DNA of 64,000 nucleotides, from positions 32,364,001 to 32,428,000 of the forward strand of contig OX597838.1 in assembly GCA_951406725.2 (NCBI GenBank), read 5' to 3'. The notes under the pieces were generated by a model. The model ran no database searches, was not told where the DNA came from, and worked only from the letters and a program-made list of their open reading frames with translations. Position numbers and translations under genes: made by a program. Within the stretch, counting starts at the first letter, position 1, and every line of letters starts with the position of its first letter. Below, one piece after another: positions 38,158-51,427 of the stretch. The stretch is from Octopus vulgaris. Taxonomy: Eukaryota.

Positions 38158-39600
38158 TACAAGGTCTGATCAATAATTATCTAAATTGGTTCTATAAAAA
38201 CAAAACAATGGCACGTACCAATTTGGCATTTAATCTCCTTCAAAATAGTCGTCTTCAGAAGCCATACACTTAATCCAGTGCTGTTTCCATTGATGGAAGC
38301 ATTTCTGGAACTCATTTTCTGGGATAATCAGCAGCTGCCTTGTCGGATTCACTTTGATTTCCTTGACCATCCGAAATTCTCTTCCTTTCAAGTGGGATTT
38401 GATATTTGGAAAGAGGGAAAAGTCACAAAGGGTGAGATCGGGAGAATGCTGTACCTAGCCAAAAACTGTTGCACAAACTGCATTTAATGGGGGGTGCATT
38501 GTCATGGTGCAATTGCCACTCACCAGATGCATGCAGTTGTGGCCTTTTCTATTGAATAGAATTCCATAAATGGCACGAGACATCACTGTAGTACTCCTTG
38601 GTGGACCCCTACCTCTATCCTGAATTCTTCAGTGTACTCGTTGCCAACCCTCACCTTACTTACAGTGTCCCTGTACATGGCTTGCACAAATCTCACTAAC
38701 CATTCATCTATCCCTAGTTTCCTTATTGACCACTAGATAAGGGATCGGGGGACCCTGTCAAAGGCTTTCTCTATGCCAACAAAAGCCAGGTACAGGGGCT
38801 TATCTTTGGCTAGGTATTTTTCCTGCAGCTGTCTTACCAGAAATATGGCATCAGTGGTGCTTTTCCCTGGCACAAAACCAAACTGCATCTCATCCAAGCT
38901 GACTCTCTCTGACCAGGTGGAGCATACTCATGATGAGTCAAAGAAAATGGTCAACAGTGTCTTCACATGACTGAGCTGTTGTTTTGGGGTCATAGCCATA
39001 GACCTACAATTCATCACCTGTTATAAATGTTTTCAAAAAATTTTCATTGTTCTCAACACAGTAAAGATCTTGTGCAACTGAAACCTGAGTGTCTTTTTGG
39101 TCAGCTGAAGCAGTTTTGGCACAAACTAAGCAGACACGCATCTCATACACAAATCTTCAGTGATAATGGACTGAACTGAACTGTAACTAATCTGCACATC
39201 CTCTGATAACTCATGGATGGTGGTTCGATGATTCTCCCTCACAGCTGCATACATATATGTGATGTTTTTCTCAGTTCTGCTGGTTTCGGGTTTCCCAGAA
39301 CATTCATCAGTATCAACATTTATTCGACCATCTTGGAAACTTCTGAACCATTCATACACTTGTGTGTGGCTCATACACTCCTCTCCATACACTTTCTGTA
39401 ACCTTGCATAGGCCTCTGAGCAGGTATCGCCAAGCTTTTGGTAAATTTGATGCAGATTCTCTGCTCAACTTTCTCTGTCATGGTCAGTGTGACGATCACA
39501 CACTACACACATTCCTTCCAAGCACTGCTGTAAACAGCACAAGTGAGCTAGGATGTTAAAACTTAGTGCTCATGCACAGCAGAGTTCAAAGTCAATCTGT
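38158..39600 (-). mobile_element. Mariner transposon relic with a nested RTE fragment (~38600-38915)
   Basis: ORF 39126-39392 encodes YGEECMSHTQVYEWFRSFQDGR...RTTIHELS (mariner HTH). The RTE piece matches 41330-41630. Confidence 0.8.
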
Positions 39601-39622
39601 GCCAAGCAGCTTCATATATAAA

Positions 39623-41902
39623 ATCATCATCATCATCATCGTTTAATGTCCGCTTTCCATGCTAGCATGGGTTGGACGATTTTGACTGAGGGCTGGCGAG
39701 CCAGATGGCTGCACCAGGCTTCAATCTTGATCTGGCAGAGTTTTTACAGCTGGATGCCCTTCCGAATGCCAACCACTCCAAGAGTGTAGTGGATGCTTTT
39801 TACGTGCCACCGGCACGGGGGCCAGTCAGGCAGTACTGGCAATGACCTTGCCCAAATCTTTTTACACATGCCACCAGAACAGGTGCCAGTAAGGTGACGT
39901 TAGTAATGATCACGCTCGAATCGTACCCTTTTACAAGACACCGGCACAGAAGCCAGTTGGCCACTCTGGCAACAATCACGCTCGGATAGTGCTCTTGGCA
40001 CCCTACTAGCACGGGCACAAGGTGACGCTGGTAATGATCACACTCAAATGGTGCCTTTTATGTGCTACTGGCACGGAAGCCGGTTAGCCGCTTTGTCAGC
40101 GATCACACCTGTATGGTGCTCTTTGCACCCTGCTAGCATGGATGCCAGTCATTGAATTTGATTCTGATTTTGATTTCACTTGCCTCAACAGGTCTTTGCA
40201 AGTAGAGTTTAGTGTCCAAAGAAGGAAAAGGTATGCATAAGTGGGCTGGTTACGTCCCTGGCATAGGCCACAAAGTTATGGTCTCATTTGGCTTGCTGGG
40301 TCTTCTCAAGCACAGCATATTTCCAAAAGTCTCGGTCACTAGTCATTTCCTTGGTGAGGCCTAATGTTCAAAGGTCGTGCTTCACCATTTCATCCCAGGT
40401 CTTCCTGGGTCTACCTCTTCCACAGGTTCCCTCAACTGCTAGGGTGTGGCACTTTTTCACACAGATATCCTCATCCATTCTCACCACATGACCATACAAG
40501 TGCAGTCATCTCTCTTGCACATCACATCTGATGCTTCTTAGGTCCAACTTTTCTCTCAAGGTACTTACACTCTGTTGAGTATGCACACTGACATTACACA
40601 TCCATCGGGTCATACTGGCTTCATTCCTTGCAAGCTTATGCATGTCCTCTGCAGTCACAGCCCATGTTTCACTGCCATGTAGCATGGCTGTTCGTACACA
40701 AGTGTCATACAGTCTACCTTTTACTCTGAGTGAAAGGCCCTTTGTCACCAGCAGAGGTAAGAGCTCTCTGAACTTTGCCCAGGCTATTCTTATTCTAGTA
40801 GCTACACTTTCAGTGCACCCTCCTCCACTACTGACTTGGTCACCTAGGTAACGGAAGCTATCAACTGCTTCTGGTTTTTCTCCCTGGAATGTGGCGGAAG
40901 TTGTTCTCTGCGCATTTTCAGTGTTTATTGCTCCCGAGCATTTGCCACGTACAAAAACTATCTTCCCAGTTAGCCTTCCTTTGATATTACTGCACTTCTT
41001 GTGTGTCCATAGCTTACACTGGGTACATCTTATAGAGTTTCTACCTATGCCTCTACAAAAGATTGAGCAGGGCCATCTACCTGAGGGATTTGTGGTTTGC
41101 CTGCCTTCCTACTTATTAGGACTTTTGTTTTAGCTAGGTTGATTCTAAGGCCCTTCGATTCTAATCCTTGTTTCCACACTTGAAACTTCTCCTCTAGTTC
41201 TGATAGTGACTCAGCAATTAGAGCAAGGTCATCAGCATAGAGGAGCTCCCAGTGGCATCCTGTCTTGAATTCCTCCGTTATTGCCTGGAGGACTATGATA
41301 AATAGGAGGGAGTTGAGGACTGAACCTTGGTGGACCCCTACTTCTACCCAGAATTCTTCAGTGTACTCGTTGCCAACCCTCAACATACTTACAGCATCCC
41401 TGTACATGACTTGCACAGCTCTCACTAACCATTCATCTATCCCTAATTTCCTCATTGACCACCAGATGAGGGATCGGGGGACCCTGTCGAAGGCTTTCTC
41501 CATGTCAACGAAAGCCAGGTACAGGGGTTTATCTTTGGCTAGGTATTTCTCCTGCAGCTGTCTTACCAGAAATATTGCATCAGTGGTGCTTTTCCCTGGC
41601 ATGAACCCAAACTGCATCTCATCTAAACTGACTCTCTCTCTAATTAGTTGGGCTATGATCCTCTCCGTGACCTTCATTACTTGATCCAGCAACTTGATAC
41701 CTCTGTAATTATTTGTATCTAAATTGTCACCTTTACCTTTGTAGCAGTTGACTATTATGCTGCTACACCAGTCATTGGGTATGACTCCTTCGTGTATCAC
41801 CTGGTTAACTATAAGGGTGACTAGGCTATAGCCGACACTGCCAGATATTTTGAGCATCTCTGCAGTAATTCTTGATGGGCCTGGGGCTTTCCCTGTCTTC
41901 AT
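39623..41902 (-). mobile_element. 5'-truncated RTE-clade LINE (reverse transcriptase, 3' UTR, (GAT)n tail)
   Basis: ORF 41045-41902 has KAPG, NYRGI, QFGF, FVDMEKAFDRV, GVHQGSVL and LLYADDL. A frameshifted continuation encodes LHGSETW. Confidence 0.95.
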
Positions 41903-42707
41903 ACTTTTATATATATATACCTTGGATATCCTTGTTGCTTATTTTGATTATAATCACCCCATTTGATTTATATGGATACCATACCAAATTCTGGTGCCTT
42001 TAACTTAAGTACCATATTCATCTGAATCTAAATTTTGCTGAACTTATATATATATATATATATATATCTACCAAATCCACTCATGGATTTGGCCCGGGAC
42101 TATAGTAGATATTTACTCAAGGTACCATGCAATGGTACTGAACCATTTTAAAAATCTTTTAACTCCTGGATTAGTAGTTTCCTATATAAAGGCATCATTG
42201 CAGCATGTTTTGACAGAGCTATTCCTGCCTCACTCTTGATCAACTCTAGTATCCCATAGGATAGGCCAGATCTGGTTGGTTTGATCAGAAAACAGGTAGG
42301 ATATTTGGACCTGATTTGGACCCACTACACTCTCGGAGTGGTTGGCGTTAGGAAGGACATCCAGCTGTAGAAACTCTGCCAGATCAAGATTGGAGCCTGG
42401 TGCGGCCGTCTGGTTCGCCAGCCCTCAGTCAAAATCGTCCAACCCATGCTAGCATGGAAGGCGGATGTTAAACGATGATGGATGGCCAGTTTAAATGCTA
42501 AAGGGTTAATGTGTTTCATTCTAAAGAGAGGTAACCCCTGTTATATTACTCTTGTCTCTACCATCTCTGAGTCAATGGTGACATCCATTAATGATGTTGT
42601 CCAATGCACTGAATATCTCCCTCTCCTTAGTGACCATCGCTACTGCTTATTCAGTGCCAGATCTAATGGAAACCTACTATCTGAAGTCACTCACCACTGG
42701 CCTCTTG

Positions 42708-43000
42708 TTTTAGTGTACTCGTTGCCAACCCTCACCTTACTTACACCGTCCCTGTACATGGCTTGCACAGCTCTCACTAACCATTCATCTATCCAGACAA
42801 GGGATCGGGGGACCCTGTCAAAAGCTTTCTCCATGTCAACGAAAGCCAGGTACCGGGGCTTATCTTTGGCTAGGTATTTCTCCTGCAGCTGTCTTACCAG
42901 AAATATGGCATCAGTAGTGCTTTTCCCTGGCATGAAACCAAACTGCATCTCATCCAAGCTGACTCTCTCCTTAATCTGTTGGGCTATGACCCTCTCTGTA
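42708..43000 (-). mobile_element. RTE LINE reverse transcriptase fragment
   Basis: Encodes QFGFMPGKSTTDAIF..FVDMEKAFDRV. Confidence 0.85.
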
Positions 43001-43261
43001 ATCTCTTGTTTTAGAGAAGATCAATGTTGTTGCAAAGCTTTGACCATTTGACTATGTCCGACATACAGATCCCTATCTTGCCAATGGGCTCAACTCATCT
43101 TTTATCTCCTGGATTAGCAGTTTCCTATGTAAAGGCATCATTGCAGCATGTTTTGACAGATCTGTTCCTGCCTCACTCTTGATCAATTCTAGTATCCCAT
43201 AGGTTTCGGTCCTTCTTTTTCAGAATATCCATTTCCTGGAATTTCTTCCCTCCTTACTCTT

Positions 43262-43648
43262 CTACTCTTTTACTTGTTTCAGTCATTTGACTGTGGCCAT
43301 GCTGGAGCGCCGCCTTTAGTTGAGTAAATCGAACCCAGGACTTATTCTTTGTAAGCCTAGCACTTATTCTATCGGTCTCTTTTGCCGAACCACAACACAC
43401 CAGCATCGGTTGTCAAGCGATGTTGGGGAGACAAACACAGACACACAAACATATACACATACATACATATATATATATACACATATATACGATGGGCTTC
43501 TTTCAGTTTCCGTCTACCAAATCCACTCACAAGGCTTTGGTCGGCCTGAGGCTATAGAAGAAGACACTTGCCCAAGGTGTCACGCAGTGAGACTGAACCC
43601 GGAACCATGTGGTTCGTAAGCAAGCTACTTACCACACAGCCACTCCTT
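43262..43648 (-). mobile_element. SINE family A
   Basis: Reverse copy of 9376-9823. Confidence 0.85.
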
Positions 43649-43864
43649 ATGCATTTTTTTCTGAAACTTTTGATTTACAAAGGTGCTAGAAGAATGTTAT
43701 TGGCATTAATCAAAGAAATACAGAAAAATTGGTGGCAACAGAAAGCAATAAAACTTAAAAACTCTCCTGATGGTCCTAATCTCATAAATTTCTTTGTGAA
43801 AACAAATGTTTTTGCCCAGTATGTGCCTCTCATATCACAATTGTAACATTTCATATATATATAT

Positions 43865-44229
43865 ATATATATAAATGGCAAAATGTCTGTGTGTGTGTGT
43901 ATCCTTTAAACAAATCCACAATTTTTCAGTTAGAGGGCTCGCACTTTCTATGGTCATTCAAAACCGTCCAAGGGTGGTCGTGCACATCTTTACATTTCCC
44001 CAGTCACCCCGCAAAGCCATTAAAAAAAATCAATAGAAGTGACTTTTTTGTGAATTTTCTATCCAAAACCCAATCAAAATTCCTGAAACTTGATACGCCA
44101 ATTGAATGCCAGCTAGCTGTATATGATTGGTCGGAGATTTGGACAGTATTCGCGTGTATGTGCGCACACATGCAGCTGTATATGCATGCACTAGCACTAT
44201 GACCTGGCGTTGCTGGGTCATTGTGCTGG
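43865..44229 (+). mobile_element. Non-autonomous Helitron, copy 2
   Basis: Matches 11822-12195 and ends with the hairpin plus ctgg|t. Confidence 0.75.
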
Positions 44230-45683
44230 TATATATATATATATATATATATATGGCTCATAAAAAGCACCTTTCAGGCACTGGGCCTCACAGATGCAAT
44301 GACAAGTGACCAAGACCTTAGGCAATATGCTGTACTTGAGAAGAAGACTCATCAAGCCAAGTGAAATTGTAGTCATGGCAGATACTGGTGTCACGCAACT
44401 GGAACCCGTTACACTCTTGGATTGGTTGGCGTTAGGAAGAGCATCCAGTCATAGAAACAATGCTAAATGTGGTTGAAGTCTGGTGCAGCCCCTCAGCTTA
44501 CCATCTCTGGCCAAACCATCCAACACATGCCAGTATGGTCAAAGAATGTTAAATGATGATGATGATTATATATATATATATATATTCTCTTTTACTCTTT
44601 TACTCGTTTCAGTCATTTGACTGCGGCCATGCTGGAGTACCGCCTTTAGTCGAAGAAACGGTATTTGAACTCGGAATGTAAAGAGCCCAAAGAAATGTCA
44701 CTAAGCACTTTGTCTGAAGCACAAACAATTTTGCAAGCTCGCCCCGCCACTTTAGTGGTGACAGTAATTTATACTGCAGGCACAAGGCCTGAAATTTTGT
44801 GGGGAAGAGATATTCGATTTACATGTCTCCCCCCCCCCCCCAACAACCTCCCCATACTCAAATGATATATATATATATTTATTGACCCTGAAAGTATGGA
44901 AAGCAAAAATTGACTTCAGTGTCTACTTATCCATATCTGCATGGGTCAGACAAAAATTGTCATGGTAAATTTTCATGTGGCTGGATGCTCTTCCAATCAC
45001 CAACATTCATGTTTCCAAGCAGTGTAACATCTTCCTCTTGTCTGGATGTTTTCACAGAAGACTGCAAATAAATGTCACCACTTGTGTGATGGTGAATATT
45101 GCTCAAAAGTAACATATGACATCAATGTCTGGATATGTTTTCTGGACGTGTTTTCTGCAAGGTCATATGCTGTTTATCTTGATATGAGATCACCATGTCG
45201 CGCACATATGGTTGTGATGCATGTGCCTGGTGTACCCTTATCAGACGGGTAGTCATGATGGGTATACTGGGCTTCATATATTTTACCCCAGTGTCACTTT
45301 GATGGCATGCACTGCTCTCTCACTCAATGATAATAATAATAATAATAATAATAATTATAATAATAATAATAATAATGATAATAATGATAATTATAATAAG
45401 TTTATGTTCACTTTCCATGCTATGTTTCCATGGGTTTTGATTGAGTTTCTTGAGATTTATTTTCTACAACCAGATGCCCTTCATGTTCGTAGCCGTCACC
45501 TGTATCCAAGCAAGTTAATATTTCCCAATGGTCATACTTGTTTTTCACAGAAGACTGGAAATGAATGACATCACTTGTATGATGGTAATGCTCGTATACG
45601 ACTCTCTTGTGATGTTAAGACAACGGTACACACATACACATATATGCATCTATAAAAAAAATTAGAAAATAGAACAGCTCAAA

Positions 45684-45800
45684 ACATCACTACAATAGGA
45701 TTTCAACAATATGGTTATTCATTTAACTATGCAATGTATATTACATAATATTACATATTTCTGCATTATTGCATAACCATACCATTTCATCAGGTGATAT
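45684..45800 (-). ncRNA. Type-I hammerhead motif with long stem II and decayed stem III
   Basis: auaucac-CUGAUGA-aaugguaugguuau...auaaccauauuguu-GAAA-uccuauu-GUA-gugaugu. Stem II is 14 bp with 3 G-U pairs and stem I is 7 bp. Confidence 0.65.
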
Positions 45801-46511
45801 TCAGCCTTCAATCAGAAAAACACAGAGAAGCAAGATTTCTAAGAAATACAGATTTTCCAATATGGGAAAGAGATATTAAGGCAATCAAAATATCACATTT
45901 GCAAAAGCAATGAAATAAGTGAAAGTATGTGCCAGAAAAGAATAACTAAAAGACTGTCTCACTTTTTAGATGGCTTCTATGCCTAAAATTTGATGAGAGG
46001 CTATATCCTGCAATAAATAATTCATCTGTTATCATGGAAATCCTGCAGACTGGCTTAAGCATCTGGCTGTACAAAACCTACCTCAATAAATTCTATTTGA
46101 TTCCTATCCGAGCAGACATGGAAAAGTGAATGTTAAAATAATAATGATGTATATATGTATGTATGTGTGTGTGTGTGTGTGTGTGTGTTTATGCAAAAAT
46201 GATAATAATTAAGCAGAAAACAGGCATGGTATTCTGTGCTTTATAGGACATACACACATTTCAGCAAAATGCAATCATAATTACATAAAATAAGTTATAG
46301 AAACATTATGCAAGCTTGTACTCACCTCATCAGTGTTCCACAATGAATACAACAACAGATGTAACAGCTCCAAAATTATACCCTTTTCCCAATTATGCAA
46401 ATTATTAACCTCAGATGTCACACAGGAGACAGACAAAGCAACATATCATGGATGGCCAGACTATGTTATGCCTCTCTCAAATCCAAATAGGTGCAATCAG
46501 AGGGGGAAAGC

Positions 46512-46549
<38 letters not shown>

Positions 46550-46726
46550 AAATAAAAAAGCAAAATCAAATAAATAAAAATCAAAATATAAATAAAGAGG
46601 GAGAACACTGACCAAAGGGATAGCAGATGGTCATCAGTTGTGGGATATAAATTAGCTAAGGGTGGCTGTAAATGAAAAGGTAGGAAATTTCTTTTGGAAG
46701 AGGTATAAGCAGACAAGACATAAGAA

Positions 46727-46761
<35 letters not shown>

Positions 46762-46894
46762 CTCATGTACACATGCATGTATACACACACACACCTATAA
46801 ACATACAAACACTCATATATAAATACAAAAAGTTGGTGCTCCAGCATGACTGCATTCCAGTGACCAAAACGAGTAAAAACTTTAAGATATATAC

Positions 46895-47068
46895 ATGCCA
46901 TGCTTGACCGCTAAATTTACAAGTTTTCTTTCATTCTTTCTCTGTTTATTTTCTCTTATTCGTTTCCGTTGAAGAGTGTAGCCCTGAAATGTAAAAGACT
47001 TTTTCATTTTCCCCTAGCATCAAACTAATACACCTGTCTTTATCTTTTGTTTTTTTATAAATTTCAAC
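46895..47068 (+). mobile_element. Decayed copy of the hammerhead-variant element at 61148-61356
   Basis: uuu-CCGUUGA-a-gaguguagcccu-GAAA-ug-UA-aaaga at 46963-46998. Confidence 0.55.
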
Positions 47069-47079
47069 TATATATATAA

Positions 47080-47490
47080 AGTTAATCCACCAAACAAGAA
47101 AGCACAAAAAACCACAACAACGCGATGACATGGAACAAATATAGTATTATTGGACACTCAGGAATGAAGGAAAGAAGGAGGGTTTAACGTTTCGAGCGGA
47201 GCTCTTCGTCGGAAACATAGGAGAAGGAAATATCCAGAGAAGGGTAGACAGAGGAAAAAAAAAATCTCCAATGGTACACATGAGGTCACAACCACGTGTG
47301 TATCGTTGGCGATTTTCTTTCTCTGTCTTCCCTTCCTTAGACCTTTCCTTTTTCTATATTTCTGACAAAGAGCTCCGCTCAAAACATTAAATTCTCCTTC
47401 TTTCTTTCCTTTCCTGAGCGTCCAATAACACTATACTTGTTCCACGTCCTTGCATTGTTGTGTTTTCTCTTTGTGTTTTCATGTTTGGAT

Positions 47491-47495
<5 letters not shown>
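47080..47495. mobile_element. ~415-bp imperfect foldback element between (TA)n tracts, with a hammerhead-like motif in each arm
   Basis: Ends agttaatcca / tggattaact. Motifs at 47182-47216 (-) and 47358-47392 (+). The same terminus occurs at 35338-35380. Confidence 0.75.
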
Positions 47496-47536
<41 letters not shown>

Positions 47537-47694
47537 CACACACATACATATATATATATACACACTATCATTTAACATCTGTTTTCCAAGCTGGCATGGG
47601 TTGGACTGTAATATCACACATACACATAGATGCATGCACACATATAAATGTATGCATCCACACACATGCACACAATTACGCACAATAGTGGAGC

Positions 47695-48086
47695 GCTAAG
47701 AGTACCATACGAGTGACATCGTTGCCAGGGCAACAAGCTGGCCTTCGTGCCGATGGCACGTTAAGCACACCATTCGAGCGTGATCATTACCGCGTCGCCT
47801 TGCTAGCACTTGTGCTGGTGGCATGTGAAACATTCGAGCAAGGTCGTTGCCAGTGCACCATTTGGGCGTGGCACCATTTGGGCATGGCCGTTGCCAGTTC
47901 CACCATACTGGCCCTCGTGCCAGTGGCACATAAAAGCACCCACTACACTCTCGGGGTGGTTGGCGTTAGGAAGGGCATCCAGCTGTAGAAACTCTGCCAG
48001 ATCAGATTGGAGTTTGGTTCGCTAGACATCAGTCAAATCGTCCAACCCATGCTAGCATGGAAAGCGGATGTTAAATGATGATGATG

Positions 48087-48119
<33 letters not shown>

Positions 48120-48254
48120 CGTTAGGAAGGGCATCCAGCTGTAGAAAAACTGCCAGATCTGACTGGCCTGGTGCAGCCTTCGGGCTTGCCAGACCCCAGT
48201 TGAACCGTCAAACCCATGCTAGCATGGAAAGCGGACGTTAAATGATGATGATGA

Positions 48255-48258
<4 letters not shown>
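47695..48258 (+). mobile_element. Two RTE LINE 3'-end copies with (GAT)n tails
   Basis: gttaggaagggcatccagctgtagaaa...catgctagcatggaaagcgg...(gat)n occurs twice. Confidence 0.8.
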
Positions 48259-48295
<37 letters not shown>

Positions 48296-48372
48296 CACAC
48301 ACACACACATACATCTGTACATATATATATATATATATATACATATACACACACACACACATACATCTGTAC

Positions 48373-48413
<41 letters not shown>

Positions 48414-49053
48414 TACATCTATACATATTTATATATATATAAGGATTTACTGCATGCACTGAAACAGTTATGATGTTACCATGTGAGAGAGTAGCTGACT
48501 CATTGAGAGGTACAATAGGGTACAAGCAACCCGACTCCTGAGTAAATCTCACACTTGTCAGACTAATAATATGATCTGATGATGATCTAAGCCAATACAC
48601 CGCAGTATGTATATCCTTTCATTTCCCACCACACTTCCTGAGTGTGTATATAGGTGTATACATTTTCACCTTGAACATGCTTATGTCAATACAAGCTGCA
48701 TCGAATATCAAACTTTGGCAATGCAGGATCAACTACACCTTCCTGGGGTGCAGGAGATTAGTAGCAACGGCTCCATGAGGTAATACATAGGTGCAGATAT
48801 GACTGTGTGGTAAGATGCTTGCTTCCCAACCACAAGGTTCCAGGTTCAGTCCCACAGCGTGACACCTTGGGCAAGTATCTTCTGTTATAATCTCAGGTCA
48901 ATCAAACCTTGTCATCTACGTGTGCGTGTGAGTGTCTTTGTGTCTATCCTCCACCACTGCTTGACAACCAGTGTTGGTGTGTTTACATCCCTGTAACTTA
49001 GCAGTTTGGCAAAAGAAACTGATAGAGTAAGTACTAGACTTAACATGAAAAAA

Positions 49054-49088
<35 letters not shown>

Positions 49089-49345
49089 CTTTTCTACTCT
49101 AGGCCCGAAATTTTGGGGGAGAGGCAGTCATTAGATTGACCCCAGTACGAAACTGGTATTTAATTTATCGCCCCCACCCCCACCCCTTCACCAGCCAAAA
49201 GGATGAAAGGCAAAGTTGACCTCGGTGGAATTTGAACTCAGAACATAAAGACAGATGAAATACTGCTAAGCATTTTGCCCAGCGTGCTAACGTTTCTGCC
49301 AGCTCACTACCTTTATGTGTCTGTATGTATGTATGTATGTATGTA

Positions 49346-49376
<31 letters not shown>

Positions 49377-50032
49377 GTACTGAGATCAATTTATTCGACT
49401 ACAATTTCGTTAAGACAGTGCTCCGGCATGGCCACATTCTAATGACTGAAACAAGTAAAATATGAAAGATAAAAGTTAATTGTGGATTAAGATTAGCTCC
49501 CACTGGCCTGAATGCCTAATTATACTTGCACAACACCTGCAATGCTTCTACCTGTTGGCCTCTGGTTATACTCTTCTCTATGGATGCACTGTGCATCCCC
49601 CCCACCCCCACGACTGTGGAGTTGATTGATCAATTGATGAGTAGAACTTGCAAATCTTGTAAAGTATCTTGATGTCATTATACACAGTTTCAGTGCTTGT
49701 GTATACACATATATATATGTGTGTGTGTGTGTGTGTTAATGCATGTAATTAAGGATAGCAAAATACAATGGCCTATTCAACCAAACTGTTTAAATAAGCT
49801 GCCAGGTGTAACTTAAAGCTCGCAGTCAGAATGAGCATGGCTGTGTGGTAAGCCACGTGATTCCAGGTTCAGTCCCACTATGTGTCAGCACGGGTAAGTG
49901 TCTTCTACTGTAGGCTCAGGCTGACCAAAGCCTTGTGAGTGGATTTGGCTGATGGAAACTAAAAGAAGCCCATTGTGTGTGTGTATGCATGTGTGTATGT
50001 ATATATATATATATATATATACACATATGCAT

Positions 50033-50065
<33 letters not shown>

Positions 50066-50291
50066 TGAATAGATAGATATGTATGTATGTATGTATGTAT
50101 CTATGGAATTGTGTTTGTTCCCGCCTGCTTGACAACCAGGTTTGGTTTATTTATGTCCTTGTAAAAGAAACCAATAAAATAAGTACCGGCTTTGATTCAT
50201 TCAAGTAAAACCTTTGAAAGCAATGCCCCAGTTTGGTCGCAGTCCATTGACAGAAACAAGTAACTGATAAAAGATATATATATATATATAT

Positions 50292-50657
50292 AGGCGCAGG
50301 AGTGGCTGTGTGGTAAGTAGCTTGCTAACCAACCACACGGTTGCGGGTTCAGTCCCACTGCGTGGCATCTTGGGCAAGTGTCTTCTGCTATAGCCCCGGG
50401 CCGACCAATGCCTTGTGAGTGGATTTGGTAGACGGAAACTGAAAGAAGCCTGTCGTATATATGTATATATATGTATGCGTGTGTTTGTGTGTCTGTGTTT
50501 GTCCCCCTAGCATTGCTTGACAACCGATGCTGGTGTGTTTAGGTCCCCGTCACTTAGCGGTTCGGCAAAAAGAGACCGATAGAATAAGTACTAAAAGGTG
50601 GTGCTCCAGCATGGCCGCAGTCAAATGACTGAAACAAGTAAAAGAGTAAAAGAGTAA
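50292..50657 (+). mobile_element. SINE family A
   Basis: Matches 9376-9823 with an internal deletion. Confidence 0.85.
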
Positions 50658-50965
50658 AAATATATAATATACATAATTGGCAGAAAGAGTGAGAGTGATG
50701 CATTTACACACATTGCACTCACCCACCCACACACATATGCATGTTCCTATTCATATATAAGTAAACATGGATGTATACAAACATAAACTGTGACCTGCTT
50801 TCTTCTTTGTAATATATATATATATATATATATAAGTTTAACAATTAAGGATAACCTCTTAATAAGGAATCTTAACAAGAAATTATCGGGTAGTTAGCGT
50901 GAAAACCTCATAAAAGAAAAGAATTCGAAAATAATTTTTTTTCTTTTGAACAAATTAATTATATC

Positions 50966-51385
50966 TATATTGTATAGAGGGCATTATTACACATAAATGC
51001 CTCACACTAAGAGGGACTAAGTCATTACTACCAAAATTATACTAATCATACCCAAATGCAGTTTTTCAAAGCAAGACATTTAAAAAATGAATTTAGTTCT
51101 GTATCACCGTGATTTCACATTCAACTTGCGTCTTATGATCCTCAGCAGAACTGATTCTGAACACAACGTAAGGTTGGTAGTTTATTTATGATGTGTTCAG
51201 AATCAGTTCTGCTGAGGATCATAAGACGCAAGTTGAATGTGAAATCACGGTGATACAGAACTAAATTCATTTTTTTTAAATGTCTTGCTTTGAAAAACTG
51301 CATTTGGGTATGATTAGTATAATTTTGGTAGTAATGACTTAGTCCCTCTTAGTGTGAGGCATTTATGTGTAATAATGCCCTCTAT

Positions 51386-51393
<8 letters not shown>
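50966..51393. mobile_element. Near-perfect 200-bp inverted repeat (26-nt spacer) with a hammerhead in each arm
   Basis: Arms 50966-51165 and 51192-51393 differ, by eye, only in an A6/A8 tract. Hammerheads lie at 51205-51262 (+) and 51095-51152 (-). Confidence 0.9.
51205..51262 (+). ncRNA. Type-I hammerhead ribozyme motif
   Basis: AGUUCUG-CUGAGGA-ucau..gac(GCAA)guu..augu-GAAA-ucac-g-guga-UA-CAGAACU, with a perfect 7-bp stem I and an AUA triplet. Confidence 0.75.

Positions 51394-51427
<34 letters not shown>

Noticed and set aside
42160-43202. ~100-bp direct repeat about 945 bp apart as LTRs
   Set aside because: No TG..CA ends, primer-binding site or TSD. The interior is a patchwork of RTE and MITE pieces.
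48576-48582. CUGAUGA on the plus strand
   Set aside because: Part of a short GAT run with no matching GAAA or stems.
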